Of a DNA stretch of 64,000 nucleotides, positions 46,265-57,632 are shown piece after piece (positions within the stretch are counted from its first letter, which is position 1; each line of letters begins with the position of its first letter). Source of the stretch: a virus (Duplodnaviria; Caudoviricetes); the IMG/VR virus record IMGVR_UViG_3300031998_000006, positions 128,001 to 192,000 of that record. One strand, given 5' to 3'. Both the position numbers and the translations under genes were made by a program. Below the pieces are notes generated by a model, which saw only the letters and a program-made list of their open reading frames with translations, had not been told where the DNA came from and did no database searches.

Positions 46265-47080
46265 CTATCCTTCCACCCATCCGTTATCGGTATAGTAGAA
46301 ATTTCCGTTCTTGACGCTATAACTCATAACAGCATCGGCAGAAGCCATCCCCACGATAACGGAATTATTGTTGGGTCTGCTATAGAAAAGGCTATCGGCG
46401 GCAACATTGACGGTGCCACCTTCGGGTTCTGGATTCGGAGAAACGGGGGTGTCCTCCATAATGTCGTTGAGAAGCCGTGACACATCGTAGCGGAACTGGT
46501 CAAGACCGGCTTCCGCTCCCTCGTGGTTGCACCACATAGCGGGGCATAACTTGCCGGTAATTTGGTTATGCATAATTATGTGGTCAACCTTAATTCCGAA
46601 CTCGTCACAGAGCCAAGCTGTCAGCATAACCGCGTTTGTATAAGCCCCATCGCTAAAGTACCAGTCCGTGTCATTGGGGTTGCATCTACGGAGACCGGCT
46701 TTGCAAGAACAAATTTCAATGTTGATGGTGTTGCGATGACCAGCTACCCCGGCGTGGCTCATTGCGAGCTTGCCCCCGAACCATCCGGGGAGTTCGCACT
46801 TGTTCTTCTTGCCAACATCCGAACCGCAACTGAATGTGCAATAGTAGGTCTTCGGGTTGACCATCTCCCAGATTTCTTCCCTACCAACAAGGTAATGGGC
46901 ATTCGAACCGCGTTCGGCATAGGACTTGTAGGCGGCTGTCATACCACCATGGCTATCGCTATTCTTGGAGAATCCCGATGTAAAGTGTATCACAATATAG
47001 GCAGGGGAGTTCCTACCCCACCGTTTGATATTTGCCCACAACTTGTGAGCAGACGATATAGACGGCTTTGAAACGCTCAA
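46265..47080 (-). CDS. N-acetylmuramoyl-L-alanine amidase (endolysin)
   Basis: IVIHFT, NAHYLV, INIEIC, IMHNQITGKLCP. Confidence 0.88.
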   Translation of the reverse strand: MSVSKPSISSAHKLWANIKRWGRNSPAYIVIHFTSGFSKNSDSHGGMTAAYKSYAERGSNAHYLVGREEIWEMVNPKTYYCTFSCGSDVGKKNKCELPGWFGGKLAMSHAGVAGHRNTINIEICSCKAGLRRCNPNDTDWYFSDGAYTNAVMLTAWLCDEFGIKVDHIIMHNQITGKLCPAMWCNHEGAEAGLDQFRYDVSRLLNDIMEDTPVSPNPEPEGGTVNVAADSLFYSRPNNNSVIVGMASADAVMSYSVKNGNFYYTDNGWVEG

Positions 47081-47092
47081 AGTATAACTCCT

Positions 47093-48388
47093 TTAATTAA
47101 AAAGTAGTAATTTCCACTTTCGTTGATTATAGAAGCCACTAAAGACTGCATTTCCAACATAGTTGGATAGCAGGAAACGATATTTGAGTTTCGCTTCTTT
47201 GACTTTTAGGAATAAATTCTTCCAAGTTTTAACTCCGGCTAGTGTTTGCTTCCATCGCTCATCTAGCGTTTCTACGTTGAACTTGGGATAGAACCATCCC
47301 TTTTCAAATTTCTTATATGCCCTGCGTGCTATCTCAATAGAAGACGCTACCATATCGGGAGTAGTTGGACCACCGTATGCGAAATTCCCTACGATTGAAG
47401 AATATGCAGGGTTTACTTCAACCAACTCGTATCTGTGAATGCCTGCAAGCATTTTCAACTTGTTCACGAACAGCGAACGGTCCCACTTATTGTTGCAAAG
47501 CCTGTTGAAAGTCTTGCCCATCTGTTTATCGGAAGACTTGATAGACAAGTCTTCAACAGCAAGTTTATTACACTTCCAACAATCCACCAACTTGTTAATC
47601 TTATGGGCTATGGCTAGGGTTTCGTGCTTCAACTTATTCGTAAAATACTTGGATTTCTTGTCGGTGCTTGCTTCTCCGCTAGGCTTTGTGAGAGCCGTTA
47701 AATCAAACACCTCTTTGTGCAGGACCTTAAATTCGTCAGCCTTATCAAACTCAATGACGGACACCCCTATGTAGTTGGGGTTCATATCTATGCCCAAAAC
47801 ACGATTATGCTTCAAGCCCTTGTATGCTTCGTTGTAAATCAAGGACTCGTCGTAAGTTAGATACAGGTATTTGTCCGTGAACTTAACAGTCACGGGCATT
47901 TTCTTTTGGTCCGCTAGTTCTTGGACCATAGCGAGTTCACGGGCGAGTTTCTTCTTGACAGGACAGAACTGAATTTCTTTACGGACACCACGAAAAGGCT
48001 TATAGACTACACGATTATTTAATAAACTAAAATCTACAAGACGGTTACCCTTAAACTGATATTCGCCTATACTACACAGGGGCATCAAGCGGTTCTGTTT
48101 GAACTGTTCCTTGGTAATCAAGCCTTTAAGATATTGCTTTAAATTCCACTTGCCCCCGAACACAATATGTCTTTGTTCTTGGGAATCAAACAAGGCGTGG
48201 GCATCCGTAATAGCGGAACGTATTAACCAACAATTAACACTAAAGCGTCCTTTTATATACGCTGTAATTTGTTTCTCGGATAGCCCGTCTTGAAATCGGT
48301 TGAACGCAACACGCACCATACTGCTGAACACACGCATATCGTCCAACACATCGGGTTTGGTTAATGTTTGCAATTTAACCGTCTTCAT
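47093..48388 (-). CDS. TnpB-related RuvC protein without zinc finger, copy B
   Basis: GIDMNP, LAVEDL, VNPAYSS, PDMVASS. Confidence 0.8.
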   Translation of the reverse strand: MKTVKLQTLTKPDVLDDMRVFSSMVRVAFNRFQDGLSEKQITAYIKGRFSVNCWLIRSAITDAHALFDSQEQRHIVFGGKWNLKQYLKGLITKEQFKQNRLMPLCSIGEYQFKGNRLVDFSLLNNRVVYKPFRGVRKEIQFCPVKKKLARELAMVQELADQKKMPVTVKFTDKYLYLTYDESLIYNEAYKGLKHNRVLGIDMNPNYIGVSVIEFDKADEFKVLHKEVFDLTALTKPSGEASTDKKSKYFTNKLKHETLAIAHKINKLVDCWKCNKLAVEDLSIKSSDKQMGKTFNRLCNNKWDRSLFVNKLKMLAGIHRYELVEVNPAYSSIVGNFAYGGPTTPDMVASSIEIARRAYKKFEKGWFYPKFNVETLDERWKQTLAGVKTWKNLFLKVKEAKLKYRFLLSNYVGNAVFSGFYNQRKWKLLLFN

Positions 48389-48419
48389 ATCCGAAATATA
48401 CATAATTCCTAGGAGATTG

Positions 48420-48821
48420 CTACAAGTCCTTGGACAAGGCTTCGTCGATTACATCCTTCTGCACATTATCCCAAAGGGTCATACACAAAGGAGCAGCAAG
48501 TTCCATATAGAGGGTTGTCTTGATGTCGAGAAGGGCATCGTCCGGGGTCTTTCCCTGGAGATAGTTGCTTGCAAAGAGAGCCAAGCAGACGTGAGCCATA
48601 TTGGTAGCCATAATGTCGGACAAAATCAGCGGAACACGGTTCCCGTCCTCCATCCTCGTCTTTGTGCATTCCTTGAAGGTGTCCGCAAGCATCTGCGTGT
48701 GCTTGGAAATCTTGCTCAACAGAACGGACTCGTCGAAATTCTGCGACTTCAACGATGCAAGGAAAGAACCCTTGTAGGCATCGTACATCGTCATCCAATC
48801 ATTCAATTCTTCTTGGGTCAT
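48420..48821 (-). CDS. hypothetical protein
   Basis: 133-aa ORF. Confidence 0.65.
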   Translation of the reverse strand: MTQEELNDWMTMYDAYKGSFLASLKSQNFDESVLLSKISKHTQMLADTFKECTKTRMEDGNRVPLILSDIMATNMAHVCLALFASNYLQGKTPDDALLDIKTTLYMELAAPLCMTLWDNVQKDVIDEALSKDL

Positions 48822-48832
48822 ACCTAAAATCC

Positions 48833-49603
48833 TTACGGCTTGTCCTTCCAGAACTTCTCGAGGATGCCAGCCTTGGCATACCGCTTGATTGCACCTTCCG
48901 CTGATGCGAGGTTACTATAGTGGGTAGGCACGTTGTAGAGAAGCTGGCTCAAAGTGTATTCGGGATGCTTCTGTGCTTCCATCTTGAGGGCATCTATGGT
49001 TCTTGCGAAGGTGGTGGAGCGCTTGCCTAGCTTGCTCCCTGCGGGGGCTTGATTCTCCCCTATCCTAGCAAAGCAATCCTTCCAGTATTCCATATCTGCC
49101 GGGAACTTGTAAATTCCGTTATTAGCTGGAGCGCAAATGTCATCTTGCCCGAACGGACTGTAACATCTTCCGAATCGGGCATCGTGTTCGTCCACGACAA
49201 TCAATCCCAGCCCAAGCTCTTCAAGAATTACCTTCTTCGGGCTATAGAACCAGTCCTTCATCGTGTGGACTGGGATGGCTACATAGGAAGCGGTAGCCAC
49301 GGTCCTCCATCGGCAAGCCTGTGCAAACACCTTGTAGTTGAGTTCCGTCTTGGCTTCTACGGTGTACACCTCCCTGCCGTTTTCATAGACCATATCGCAA
49401 GACACCCCGGAGATGCCAACTTCTTCGTGAAGGGTAAAGCCCGGAAAGAGATTGGACTTCTTGAGGATGTCACAGAGTTCGACTTCGGAAAATGTCTTTT
49501 TCAATTTGCAACTCCTATCGGAATGCTTGAATCCGTTGAATGCTTGACGGAACTCGTCGATGGTCAGGTCCGTGGATTTGTCCATTTTTAATGCCCCGTC
49601 CAA
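48833..49603 (-). CDS. PD-(D/E)XK nuclease-like protein
   Basis: HEEV...CDMV...VEAK...QA motif order. Confidence 0.65.
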   Translation of the reverse strand: MDGALKMDKSTDLTIDEFRQAFNGFKHSDRSCKLKKTFSEVELCDILKKSNLFPGFTLHEEVGISGVSCDMVYENGREVYTVEAKTELNYKVFAQACRWRTVATASYVAIPVHTMKDWFYSPKKVILEELGLGLIVVDEHDARFGRCYSPFGQDDICAPANNGIYKFPADMEYWKDCFARIGENQAPAGSKLGKRSTTFARTIDALKMEAQKHPEYTLSQLLYNVPTHYSNLASAEGAIKRYAKAGILEKFWKDKP

Positions 49604-49961
49604 TATCGGTTGATTTCCCGATTAAGTTTAGTCCAGTAGGCATCCTGACGATACCAGACGTACCTTGCATATAGAAGACGGATAGGATGGGTTGCCAAGG
49701 AAAATGACCGCATCAAGAGATAGCGAACTAGGTTGCAGACTTCACGGACAAACGGTTTAAATCCATATCCGAAATAAGAACTCCAATGAAAGCAGAACAT
49801 ACCCATTTCGCTATCCGTAGGGTCTGGCATTCCACAATAAGGACAATAGAACGGGCCATCGTCCGTTCCCTCCACGAAATGACTATTGCCCGTCCACAGA
49901 CAATGCTTACAATGGACGGGATAGTAATTTTCCCAATCGTGCTTCTGTAGCAATTTCATTA

Positions 49962-51101
49962 CTAGCCCTCTGTAGCCTTGGATTCACAAGAAACGATGCC
50001 ATCCGGTGCTTTTTCAGCCGGTAGCATAATATTCTCGATTGTGTCCAAGGATGGCAATGTGCCATCTCCAAATGTAGCAACAATCGTACAACCCTTGCGG
50101 TAATTGTCAGCCCTCTCAAACGAGTGGCAGGACATACATTCATCGCACGGAGATACCATCACGATAAGCCCGTGGTTGTTGCCGATAATGGTGCATTCCG
50201 GTCCTTCACAAGTGACCATCGGAATCTTGTCATACAGCCCGATTTCCTTCAAAGCATCCGTAATGATGAACTTGCAATACTTCCGCAAGGGGTACTTGAT
50301 AGGAATGGTAAGGTAGTTGTCGAACGGCATCACAAACTTTCGGGCAGCCTTGTACAAGTCCTCAAACTCTTCAAGGAACGAGTTGCATTCGTCCTTGCAG
50401 ATGAACCCAACCTGGATTTCCTTAATAGTTGGACGGAGGTCATCGAGAATGAATGCAAGCGAGTAGGCGAGGGCCGGCTGAATCTTGTAACCGCTGACAT
50501 TGCACCCATAGTCGATGTGGGAGATGGGAGTGATGGCACGGCAGATTTTGTTCTTGTACTTCCTACGGAGTAGCAAGAGGGCATATTCTGCAAGCACCCA
50601 CATTCCATCCATATATTCGTTCACGCCCAGACGGATGGGTAGAATCGTTTCGCCCCTTTCGGCAGCCTTTGCCATCAACAAGATGGAATCGTAGCCACCG
50701 CTATAGCAGATGCCCACGCACGAATCCGGGGCGGTTGGAGTAGGGGCATAGAGGGATGAGTCCGTTTCGTGAATGTCCGAAAGCAATCTCTTGACCCTTC
50801 GCTCATCGTCAACCGAAAGGGTACGATACTTCTTATCGTCATCGGGATTTTCGCCATTCAATGCATTCACTAGGATGTACGGATTCCTTCTGCATTTCAG
50901 GTCCAAATAGCCGAATGCATCAGAGGTAAATTGCTGTTCATACAGAATAGGCTTTGGTTTCGCCACAGCCTGCTCCAAGGGCTTCATAGGAATCGGTACT
51001 TTGCATTCTGTTGCGGGGATGAGGGCTTCCTTGCGAAGATTCATCCTCCGTTCCTTCATAGTTTCAAAGGCTCTCTTTCTTGCCGGTGATTTCATAGACA
51101 T
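49962..51101 (-). CDS. QueC-like PP-loop ATPase
   Basis: CYSGGYDS PP-loop; C-terminal Cys cluster TC..PCDECMSC. Confidence 0.65.
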   Translation of the reverse strand: MSMKSPARKRAFETMKERRMNLRKEALIPATECKVPIPMKPLEQAVAKPKPILYEQQFTSDAFGYLDLKCRRNPYILVNALNGENPDDDKKYRTLSVDDERRVKRLLSDIHETDSSLYAPTPTAPDSCVGICYSGGYDSILLMAKAAERGETILPIRLGVNEYMDGMWVLAEYALLLLRRKYKNKICRAITPISHIDYGCNVSGYKIQPALAYSLAFILDDLRPTIKEIQVGFICKDECNSFLEEFEDLYKAARKFVMPFDNYLTIPIKYPLRKYCKFIITDALKEIGLYDKIPMVTCEGPECTIIGNNHGLIVMVSPCDECMSCHSFERADNYRKGCTIVATFGDGTLPSLDTIENIMLPAEKAPDGIVSCESKATEG

Positions 51102-52847
51102 TAGGCTGATTCCTTCTGCTTGGCATATTCCTGGAGGGCAAGGAGTGCCGCACCCTCACCATTATCCCTATCGTACAGACGGGGGCTAAAAGATTCCGCA
51201 TTTTCCGGCAACTTGACCTTAATGACTCGCCCCTTCACATAGTCGGCATAGTCATAGCCATCAAGCTGTTCGTGGGCTTCTTTGAGAGTGAGGTTTTCTG
51301 GGGTAAAGTGCAAGATTCCGAGTCCGAGGGGCTTGGACTTGTTGTACAATGCACAGAGGACTTCGTAGCGGTCAAGACCCATAGCCTTGAAATTGATTTC
51401 TTCCATAATCTGTTCCTTCATAGATTGGATTCGGGTGTTTACATTATTGACGATTTCTCGTACAGTCTTTTCAAAGCGGTGTTTCCAGCGGTAATTCTTG
51501 AAGAACCACATCTTACGCATTTCCTTGTGGATTTCCGCAAGTTTGATGGCTTCGTAAGAATACCAAGCACCATCCTCCTTGCGTTCATCGTACCAATCCA
51601 GAAACCGCTTGTAGGAAATATATGTGTACTTCATCATTCCTTGCCCCCTTCAATGGAGGGTGTGACACTTGTAGAATCTTCGTTCATAAGGCACTTGACC
51701 CCGTAATCGCCAAGACGGAGTTCGGCATAGGCATTGATTTCGGCTTTAGCCTTGACCACTATCTTTTCCATATCCTCACGGAAACGGTCGTGGGCATACT
51801 GAATATCGGACGGGGCATTCTCACGGAAGCACTTCATAGAATTAAGAAGTTCCTTCATCTGTGACTTGCCCATCGTCTTGCCCGAATTGAGGACCTGTTC
51901 AATCGTGTCCTCAAACCGCTTGATGCCGGTCTTGAAGTTCTCGAACTTCGCCTTGATATGTTCGCCATACTCTTCGGAGAGATTGCGGATTTCAACCCTG
52001 GACATACTCTTGCCGTTCAATCGGGTAATCGTGCAAGGCACACCATCATCCACGTGACCTGCGGTAAGAAATTCAGCCCATTGAATAGGAGTCATTTCAA
52101 CTTCGATAATAGCGGGGTGCTTTCCGTGGATGTGCTGGTCGGTAGGAGTTCCACCCATATCGGACACAACGGCATTGCAGATTCGAATATAGACGGGCGA
52201 ATCCGTCTTGATTTCCGAACCGAACATAGGCTGGGGAGCGCCACATTGCAGACGACCCCAAGTAATCACACCCATATAGTCTTTTTCGTATTCAGCATCG
52301 TGCATAAGTACCTCGATTGTTTTAATTATTTCGTTACTCCGTTCATCACGGCATAGGCAATCTTCTGTGCATACTCAAGCGGAGAGTTGTAGCTGCTGAT
52401 TTCGCTGATAGGCGTGAGTTTCCAACCCACCTTGATATTGCTCAAATCGGTGGGCTTCTTGGAGTAATAGGTGCGTGCAGAGTAGTTCCACTTACGGCTA
52501 TCAAAGTCGAAGGTGGCTTCCACATAGAAACACGAAGAGTTACGACCCTTCCACATCACTCGCCAGACCTTGCGTTCCGGGTCATTGGACCCGATGCTCT
52601 CCAGTTCTTCCTTGGAGAGCATTTCGCCCTTCAAGGCTTCCGAGAAGAACATCTTTCCGGTCAGCACATCAAATTCAACGGGGTTATAGTGAACCTTGAG
52701 CAAATCTTCTATGCGGTTAACGGCACGGAACAGGACATCCTGTTCCTGCACGGTCAAGGACTTGTTCCCGTTCCTTTCGTCAAGGAGTTCTTGAGCCTTG
52801 GCGAGAAGTAAGTCGGCGACATTCTTGGAAATCTTTTCTGTAGGCAT
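51101..52847 (-). CDS. three hypothetical genes (51101-51637, 51634-52305, 52326-52847)
   Basis: Coupled ORFs after the promoter at 52888-52916. Confidence 0.7.
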
Positions 52848-52887
52848 TTTGCTATCCTCGGTAAAATGTGGTTGTCTTTGTACCCTA

Positions 52888-52916
52888 AATATAACACTTT
52901 ATCTATTAAGTGTCAA
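52888..52916 (-). promoter_or_regulatory. sigma70-type phage promoter (class I)
   Basis: TTGACA-17-TATATT. Confidence 0.8.
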
Positions 52917-52945
52917 TAGCAAATCGTAAAAATTTCCAACTTTTT

Positions 52946-54037
52946 TTACTTGAGGGCTTCAAATTCTTCGGGATAGGCTTTGCGGATGGCGTCTTCGCTG
53001 ATGGTATAGGGCATAATTCCATCCTCCGCATAGAACTTCGTGAGCTTTGCGGATGCGTCGGGGTATCGTGCCATAATCGTACCGATGTCCGAATCGGGCT
53101 TCTCGCCATAAGATGTGGCAAGTTTCCTTGTTGCACACTTGATTCGTAAGTCATAGAGTTCGCCACGGGTCTTGGGCTTCGGTTTCTGCTCCGCAATGAC
53201 CTTCGAAAAACCGGATTCCACCGCTTCCTTCTGTGCGGATTCAGCCTGTGCCTTGGCTTCCTCGTAGGACGGTTCCACGATTTCGGCATCCTTGAGGGTG
53301 GCTTCCTTGTCCATATAGTTCCGGGGTACACCTACGAAGTCGGTTTCCACAACTGGGGGTTCTTCGGAAGTGGTGGGTTCTTCCACGGGCTTTACTTCAT
53401 CAGCGGTAGTCTTGATGTCATCCACAACCGGCTGAATGTTTATCTGCATATCAACAAAATGGACGGGGGGCATTACCCGTACATCAATCCTATTATCGTT
53501 GGGCTTGATGTCCACGTCTATCTGTGTACCTTCGGGGTACATACCCTTGAGAGTTTCCTTGATAATATCCCCAGGCTTTTCGGATGTAACAACCTCATCG
53601 GACTTTTCCGCAAGCACCGGCTTAAAGTCCTTGGGAGGATAGTCTTTATACAAGGGGGCGAGTGCTTCCAAGCATTCAGCTTCATTCTTGATTAAGCCAC
53701 TCGGAGGGGGCGTCAATATTCCAAGACTCGCGTCGGATGTGTCTTCCGAAACCTCTGCCACCTTCTCGCATTCAGCATCCTCATCGGTCCCGAGAATCTG
53801 GTGGAGTCTTTCAATGAGTTCATCGTAAGTGCCATCAAAGGGCTTATAGAGAACCTTGATATTGGTCAGCTCCACCATACCCTTGTCAGCCTTGGATTCA
53901 TCATAGGAAAGCCCGTACACGGGAAAGAAACGGGTCTTGACCTTACCGCTCTCGGATTCCGTACCCTTGACTTCGGACTTGTAGTTGGCACGGGCGAGGT
54001 AGCGGAGTTGCTTGGATTGCTTTTTCGTGATAATCAA
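52946..54037 (-). CDS. acidic hypothetical protein
   Basis: 363-aa ORF with class II motif upstream. Confidence 0.7.
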   Translation of the reverse strand: MIITKKQSKQLRYLARANYKSEVKGTESESGKVKTRFFPVYGLSYDESKADKGMVELTNIKVLYKPFDGTYDELIERLHQILGTDEDAECEKVAEVSEDTSDASLGILTPPPSGLIKNEAECLEALAPLYKDYPPKDFKPVLAEKSDEVVTSEKPGDIIKETLKGMYPEGTQIDVDIKPNDNRIDVRVMPPVHFVDMQINIQPVVDDIKTTADEVKPVEEPTTSEEPPVVETDFVGVPRNYMDKEATLKDAEIVEPSYEEAKAQAESAQKEAVESGFSKVIAEQKPKPKTRGELYDLRIKCATRKLATSYGEKPDSDIGTIMARYPDASAKLTKFYAEDGIMPYTISEDAIRKAYPEEFEALK

Positions 54038-54070
54038 AATGTACCTCTCATACTCAAATATAGCGATTGA

Positions 54071-55470
54071 CTAGCCGTTCGGGAGAACCGGAACTTCCAG
54101 CCACCATTTAACGGGTGCCTGGATGTACTTGCCTATCTGTGGGCAGAACACATTGAACCTATGTGATTCCCTATCGAACTGACCGAGAACGGGTTCCGTG
54201 CATCCCTCTAGGATAAGCAAATAACCCAGCGGATTCGGGTAGCTAGGGCGAACTTCCTTGAACAGCTTCCATTTCATACAGGCTACTCCTTCTCCACGAT
54301 GACCTTGGGTGTGAACATCGCAACATCCTTGGGGTTTCGACCGTAGAATTGCTGTAGGGTCAATCGCTTGTGGTACTGGTGCAATCGGTGTGCCACTCGC
54401 TTCCAGATGTGTTCCCAATCTACGGGCGCTCTACAGTTCGGACAAGACATTACATCTATAACTACCTTGCCATGGACATCGTAGCCAGTGTGTGCCGTAG
54501 TAATGTCAGCAGCCAAAACACGATAGTAACGGGCTTCGGCATTAGCCCAATTTTCACGAGCCTTGATACGGATGAGCTTGTTGTTCAGTTCAGCGGTTGC
54601 CTTTTCGGACTCGATGGTATTTACCATCTCACGGATGGCATAAGCCTGCTCAAGAAATGTGCCGGACATTTCAAGGAACTTTTCCATCTTTTCGAAAAGC
54701 GTCTTGTTTTCCATATTATCCTCGCTTTTGTTTCAAGAGTAGGTTCAAGCATTCCAGTAGGCTAGACTGCTCAAACGTAATATGCTCATCAATGAACTTA
54801 TCGACCTCTCTCCAGTCAATATTGTAATAGGAACGAATCCACGAATAAGCGGAGGGTTCGTCCTCACAGAAATGAACGAGGATGTTGTCATTATCCTCGG
54901 AAGCCTTTTCGTGGTAATAGACTGCTATCAACTTGAACATAGTGCTAAATTCCTTTAATCAGGCATCGTGTCCGTATAGAGATTGGTAACATCTTTCTTA
55001 ATGATAGTTAAGATATGGTCATCCGGGAGCAATTTCAGCCATTGTTCTAGAACAAACTCGGCTTCCTTATATGAAGAAAACCATTCGAGGAGTTCCGAAC
55101 AACATACACCCCTTTTATGAAGAACCCTACCCATAGTTCTATCATAAGCGGCATATTCGGAATATTGCTGTTTGGGAATGTTGGCTTTCATACAAACACC
55201 CTAGTCGAAGTACCCAAGTTCTGCCACAGCATCCATTACCAACTTCACTTGGTAGGCATAGCAATATCCCTCAAGACAAACCATAGTGCTACGGTCGCCA
55301 TACTTGACATGGATGTAGAGATGCGGATTCTTCTTGAACTGGAAGTTATCGGGATTCCACTTCATTTCACGGATGAGGTCGGCAACGAACACCGTGATGG
55401 TGGGTGGTGTGTAGATACCACCTACAACTTTAGTATGGATGTCTGCAAGTTCTTGTGTCATTTTCATAAG
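54071..55470 (-). CDS. cluster of about five small hypothetical genes
   Basis: Consecutive minus-strand ORFs with SD sequences. Confidence 0.55.
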
Positions 55471-55481
55471 ATGTTCCTCGG

Positions 55482-55955
55482 TTAGATGTTTGTGTCCTTG
55501 ACAAGACGGACGGAGAAGCCATGGTTGCCCCAAGCGGTAGCCATAGTGGTGCAATCATCGTTATGGAAGACATAATTGGTGCGGATTTCGTCCGCAAGAC
55601 CGGTACTCCAAGTGTAGGAAGCATCGCCCACGAACCAATACCTACCTTCCATGAAATAGCCACACTTGCGGATGTCCATTGCCGGAATAAAGGTAGGATT
55701 GTCATTCAAGAAACGAACAAGTTCCTTGCTTTCCTCAACGGTGGGGAGTCGCCATCCATTCAGCTTCTTTGCAATTCGCTGTGCGGCATCAACGGTGTAG
55801 TAGTATTCGTCCGTCTTGGGATTGTAAGTGATACCTTCTCCGGCATCATTCTCACGGAGATTGTGAGCCATCCATTCGGTATTGCCCACTTTGCAAGTAG
55901 AAAAATCATTAGACATAATCGGCACTCCTTTATTGAACCTTGGCTTCATAGGCAT
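55482..55955 (-). CDS. FISUMP (Fib_succ_major)-like protein
   Basis: VGNTEWMAHNL, GWRLPT, GFSVRLVKD. Confidence 0.8.
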   Translation of the reverse strand: MPMKPRFNKGVPIMSNDFSTCKVGNTEWMAHNLRENDAGEGITYNPKTDEYYYTVDAAQRIAKKLNGWRLPTVEESKELVRFLNDNPTFIPAMDIRKCGYFMEGRYWFVGDASYTWSTGLADEIRTNYVFHNDDCTTMATAWGNHGFSVRLVKDTNI

Positions 55956-56211
55956 TTGTCTTGATTTCAGTCAGCACATCAATGAGCCAACCCTTGCCGG
56001 AATACAGACGCTTGGCTTCTTCGTAATGGCGGTCCACGGATGGCATATTTACCTTGCTGACGGTCTTCTCGGTAACAAGAGCCATACGAAGACATTCGAG
56101 GGCGTGGAAGAACGAAGTGTCCTTCAACTTCTCGTCCGTGGTCTTGATTTCTTCTTGAATTTGCTTCAAAGCGGAGATAATCTGTTGCTTGGAGATTTGG
56201 GCTATTGCCAT
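55930..56211 (-). CDS. hypothetical protein
   Basis: ORF behind the promoter-like TTGACG..TATATT at 56252-56279. Confidence 0.65.
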   Translation of the reverse strand: MAIAQISKQQIISALKQIQEEIKTTDEKLKDTSFFHALECLRMALVTEKTVSKVNMPSVDRHYEEAKRLYSGKGWLIDVLTEIKTNAYEAKVQ

Positions 56212-56312
56212 TGAACTATCCTCGGCTGTGGTTGGTTGTCTTTGTACTCCAAATATAACAAAATATCTGTTGCCGTCAACAGATATTCGTAAAATAGTAT
56301 GTTACATTTTTC

Positions 56313-57596
56313 TTACAAAAGGCAAGTGTCCTTGGAGAGCGGTCTGCCACAGACGGGGCAGGCAACACCCTCGATAGATGCATAGGCATCGTCAAGGTAG
56401 TCCTTGCAGTCCGCAATAGTTGTGGTCACGGAGTTGTATTCACGGACCGAACGGACGAGGGCTGACATATCCTTGCTAGTCCATCGGCACGGCTTCGGCT
56501 CTTCCAGCTTTGACAGCTTACGGAGTGCCAAATCCACGGACACTTCGGAATTGAGGATTTCCTTGTAGTTCTTGATGGAGCGTTGCATCGGGATGAGCTT
56601 GCCCTCCCACTTGCACGGTTTCGGTTCTTCAAGACCGGCAAGTTCCTTGAGGTACTTCGTACATTCGGCAGTGGATGTGGATGTAGAACGATACTCACGA
56701 ACCGAGCGGACAATGGCTGACATATCCTTTTCCGTATGCTTCGGGGGTTCGGGCAGTTTAAGGGCTTCCACCTTGCGAATTGCCGGGTAAACCCTAGCGA
56801 GAACCTTGCAAGTATTGATGTAGGAATCCAATGCACGGATAGCCGATTCCTTGTTGTAGATGATAACGGAGCGGTCCCCGCTGACAAGCCATTCGGGAAT
56901 ATCAGGATAGTTGCGGATAGCCTTGTAGTCCATAATCAGCTTGGACAGGGCTTCAATGCGGTGGGTAAGGCTGTTAATGGTAGGCTCTTCGTCCGTAGCT
57001 TTCTTGAGAAGGTCTTCCGCTGACTCCACCCATTCGTAGGAACTGACCTCTTTCGTGAGGGCATCCACGGAATCCTTCGTTTCTTCAAGGGTTGCGGAGG
57101 TATCTGCAACATTCCTCTTGGCGATGGAGAGGATTTCGTCCACGCACTCAAGACCTGCGAGGGAGTTGAGGTACTGGGATGCTTCGCCGGGGGTGGCTGC
57201 GAGAAGGAAAGGAGCATCCATCTGCCGTTGAACGGATGCATCGGCAAGATTGAAAATCTTCGTGACATCATCGGGAACAGCGGTGCGGAGAGCTTCGTAC
57301 ACCTTGCCGTCCACGATGTAACCATTGAAATCGTTAGAACGCTTTCGCTCAATGATGTGTCCGTCAACTTCCACGATGACGGAGGTGTATTCGTCAGCCT
57401 TGAACTTCGTCTTGTTCTTTGCCCAGTAGGACACATAAGCATCCCCGGACGGAGTGTTGAACAGAACCCAGTACAAGGCACGGAGAACAGCGGTCTTACC
57501 ACTGTTGGAGTTGCCCGAAAGCACCGTGGAACGACCAAGGTCAAGGTCTAGGTGCTTATGGCATTGAAAGTTGTGAATGGTAATTCTTGAAATCAA
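56313..57596 (-). CDS. Rad50/SbcC N-terminal half (Walker A, coiled coil, zinc hook)
   Basis: IHNFQCH, GNSNSGKT, Q-loop QRQMD, ends CPVCG. Confidence 0.85.
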   Translation of the reverse strand: MISRITIHNFQCHKHLDLDLGRSTVLSGNSNSGKTAVLRALYWVLFNTPSGDAYVSYWAKNKTKFKADEYTSVIVEVDGHIIERKRSNDFNGYIVDGKVYEALRTAVPDDVTKIFNLADASVQRQMDAPFLLAATPGEASQYLNSLAGLECVDEILSIAKRNVADTSATLEETKDSVDALTKEVSSYEWVESAEDLLKKATDEEPTINSLTHRIEALSKLIMDYKAIRNYPDIPEWLVSGDRSVIIYNKESAIRALDSYINTCKVLARVYPAIRKVEALKLPEPPKHTEKDMSAIVRSVREYRSTSTSTAECTKYLKELAGLEEPKPCKWEGKLIPMQRSIKNYKEILNSEVSVDLALRKLSKLEEPKPCRWTSKDMSALVRSVREYNSVTTTIADCKDYLDDAYASIEGVACPVCGRPLSKDTCLL

Positions 57597-57632
57597 AATC
57601 TGTGTTTCCTTTTAGTAGGATATACTTGGGAA

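Noticed and set aside
44913-48403. Cas12-type CRISPR effectors
   Set aside because: No repeat-spacer array lies next to any copy.
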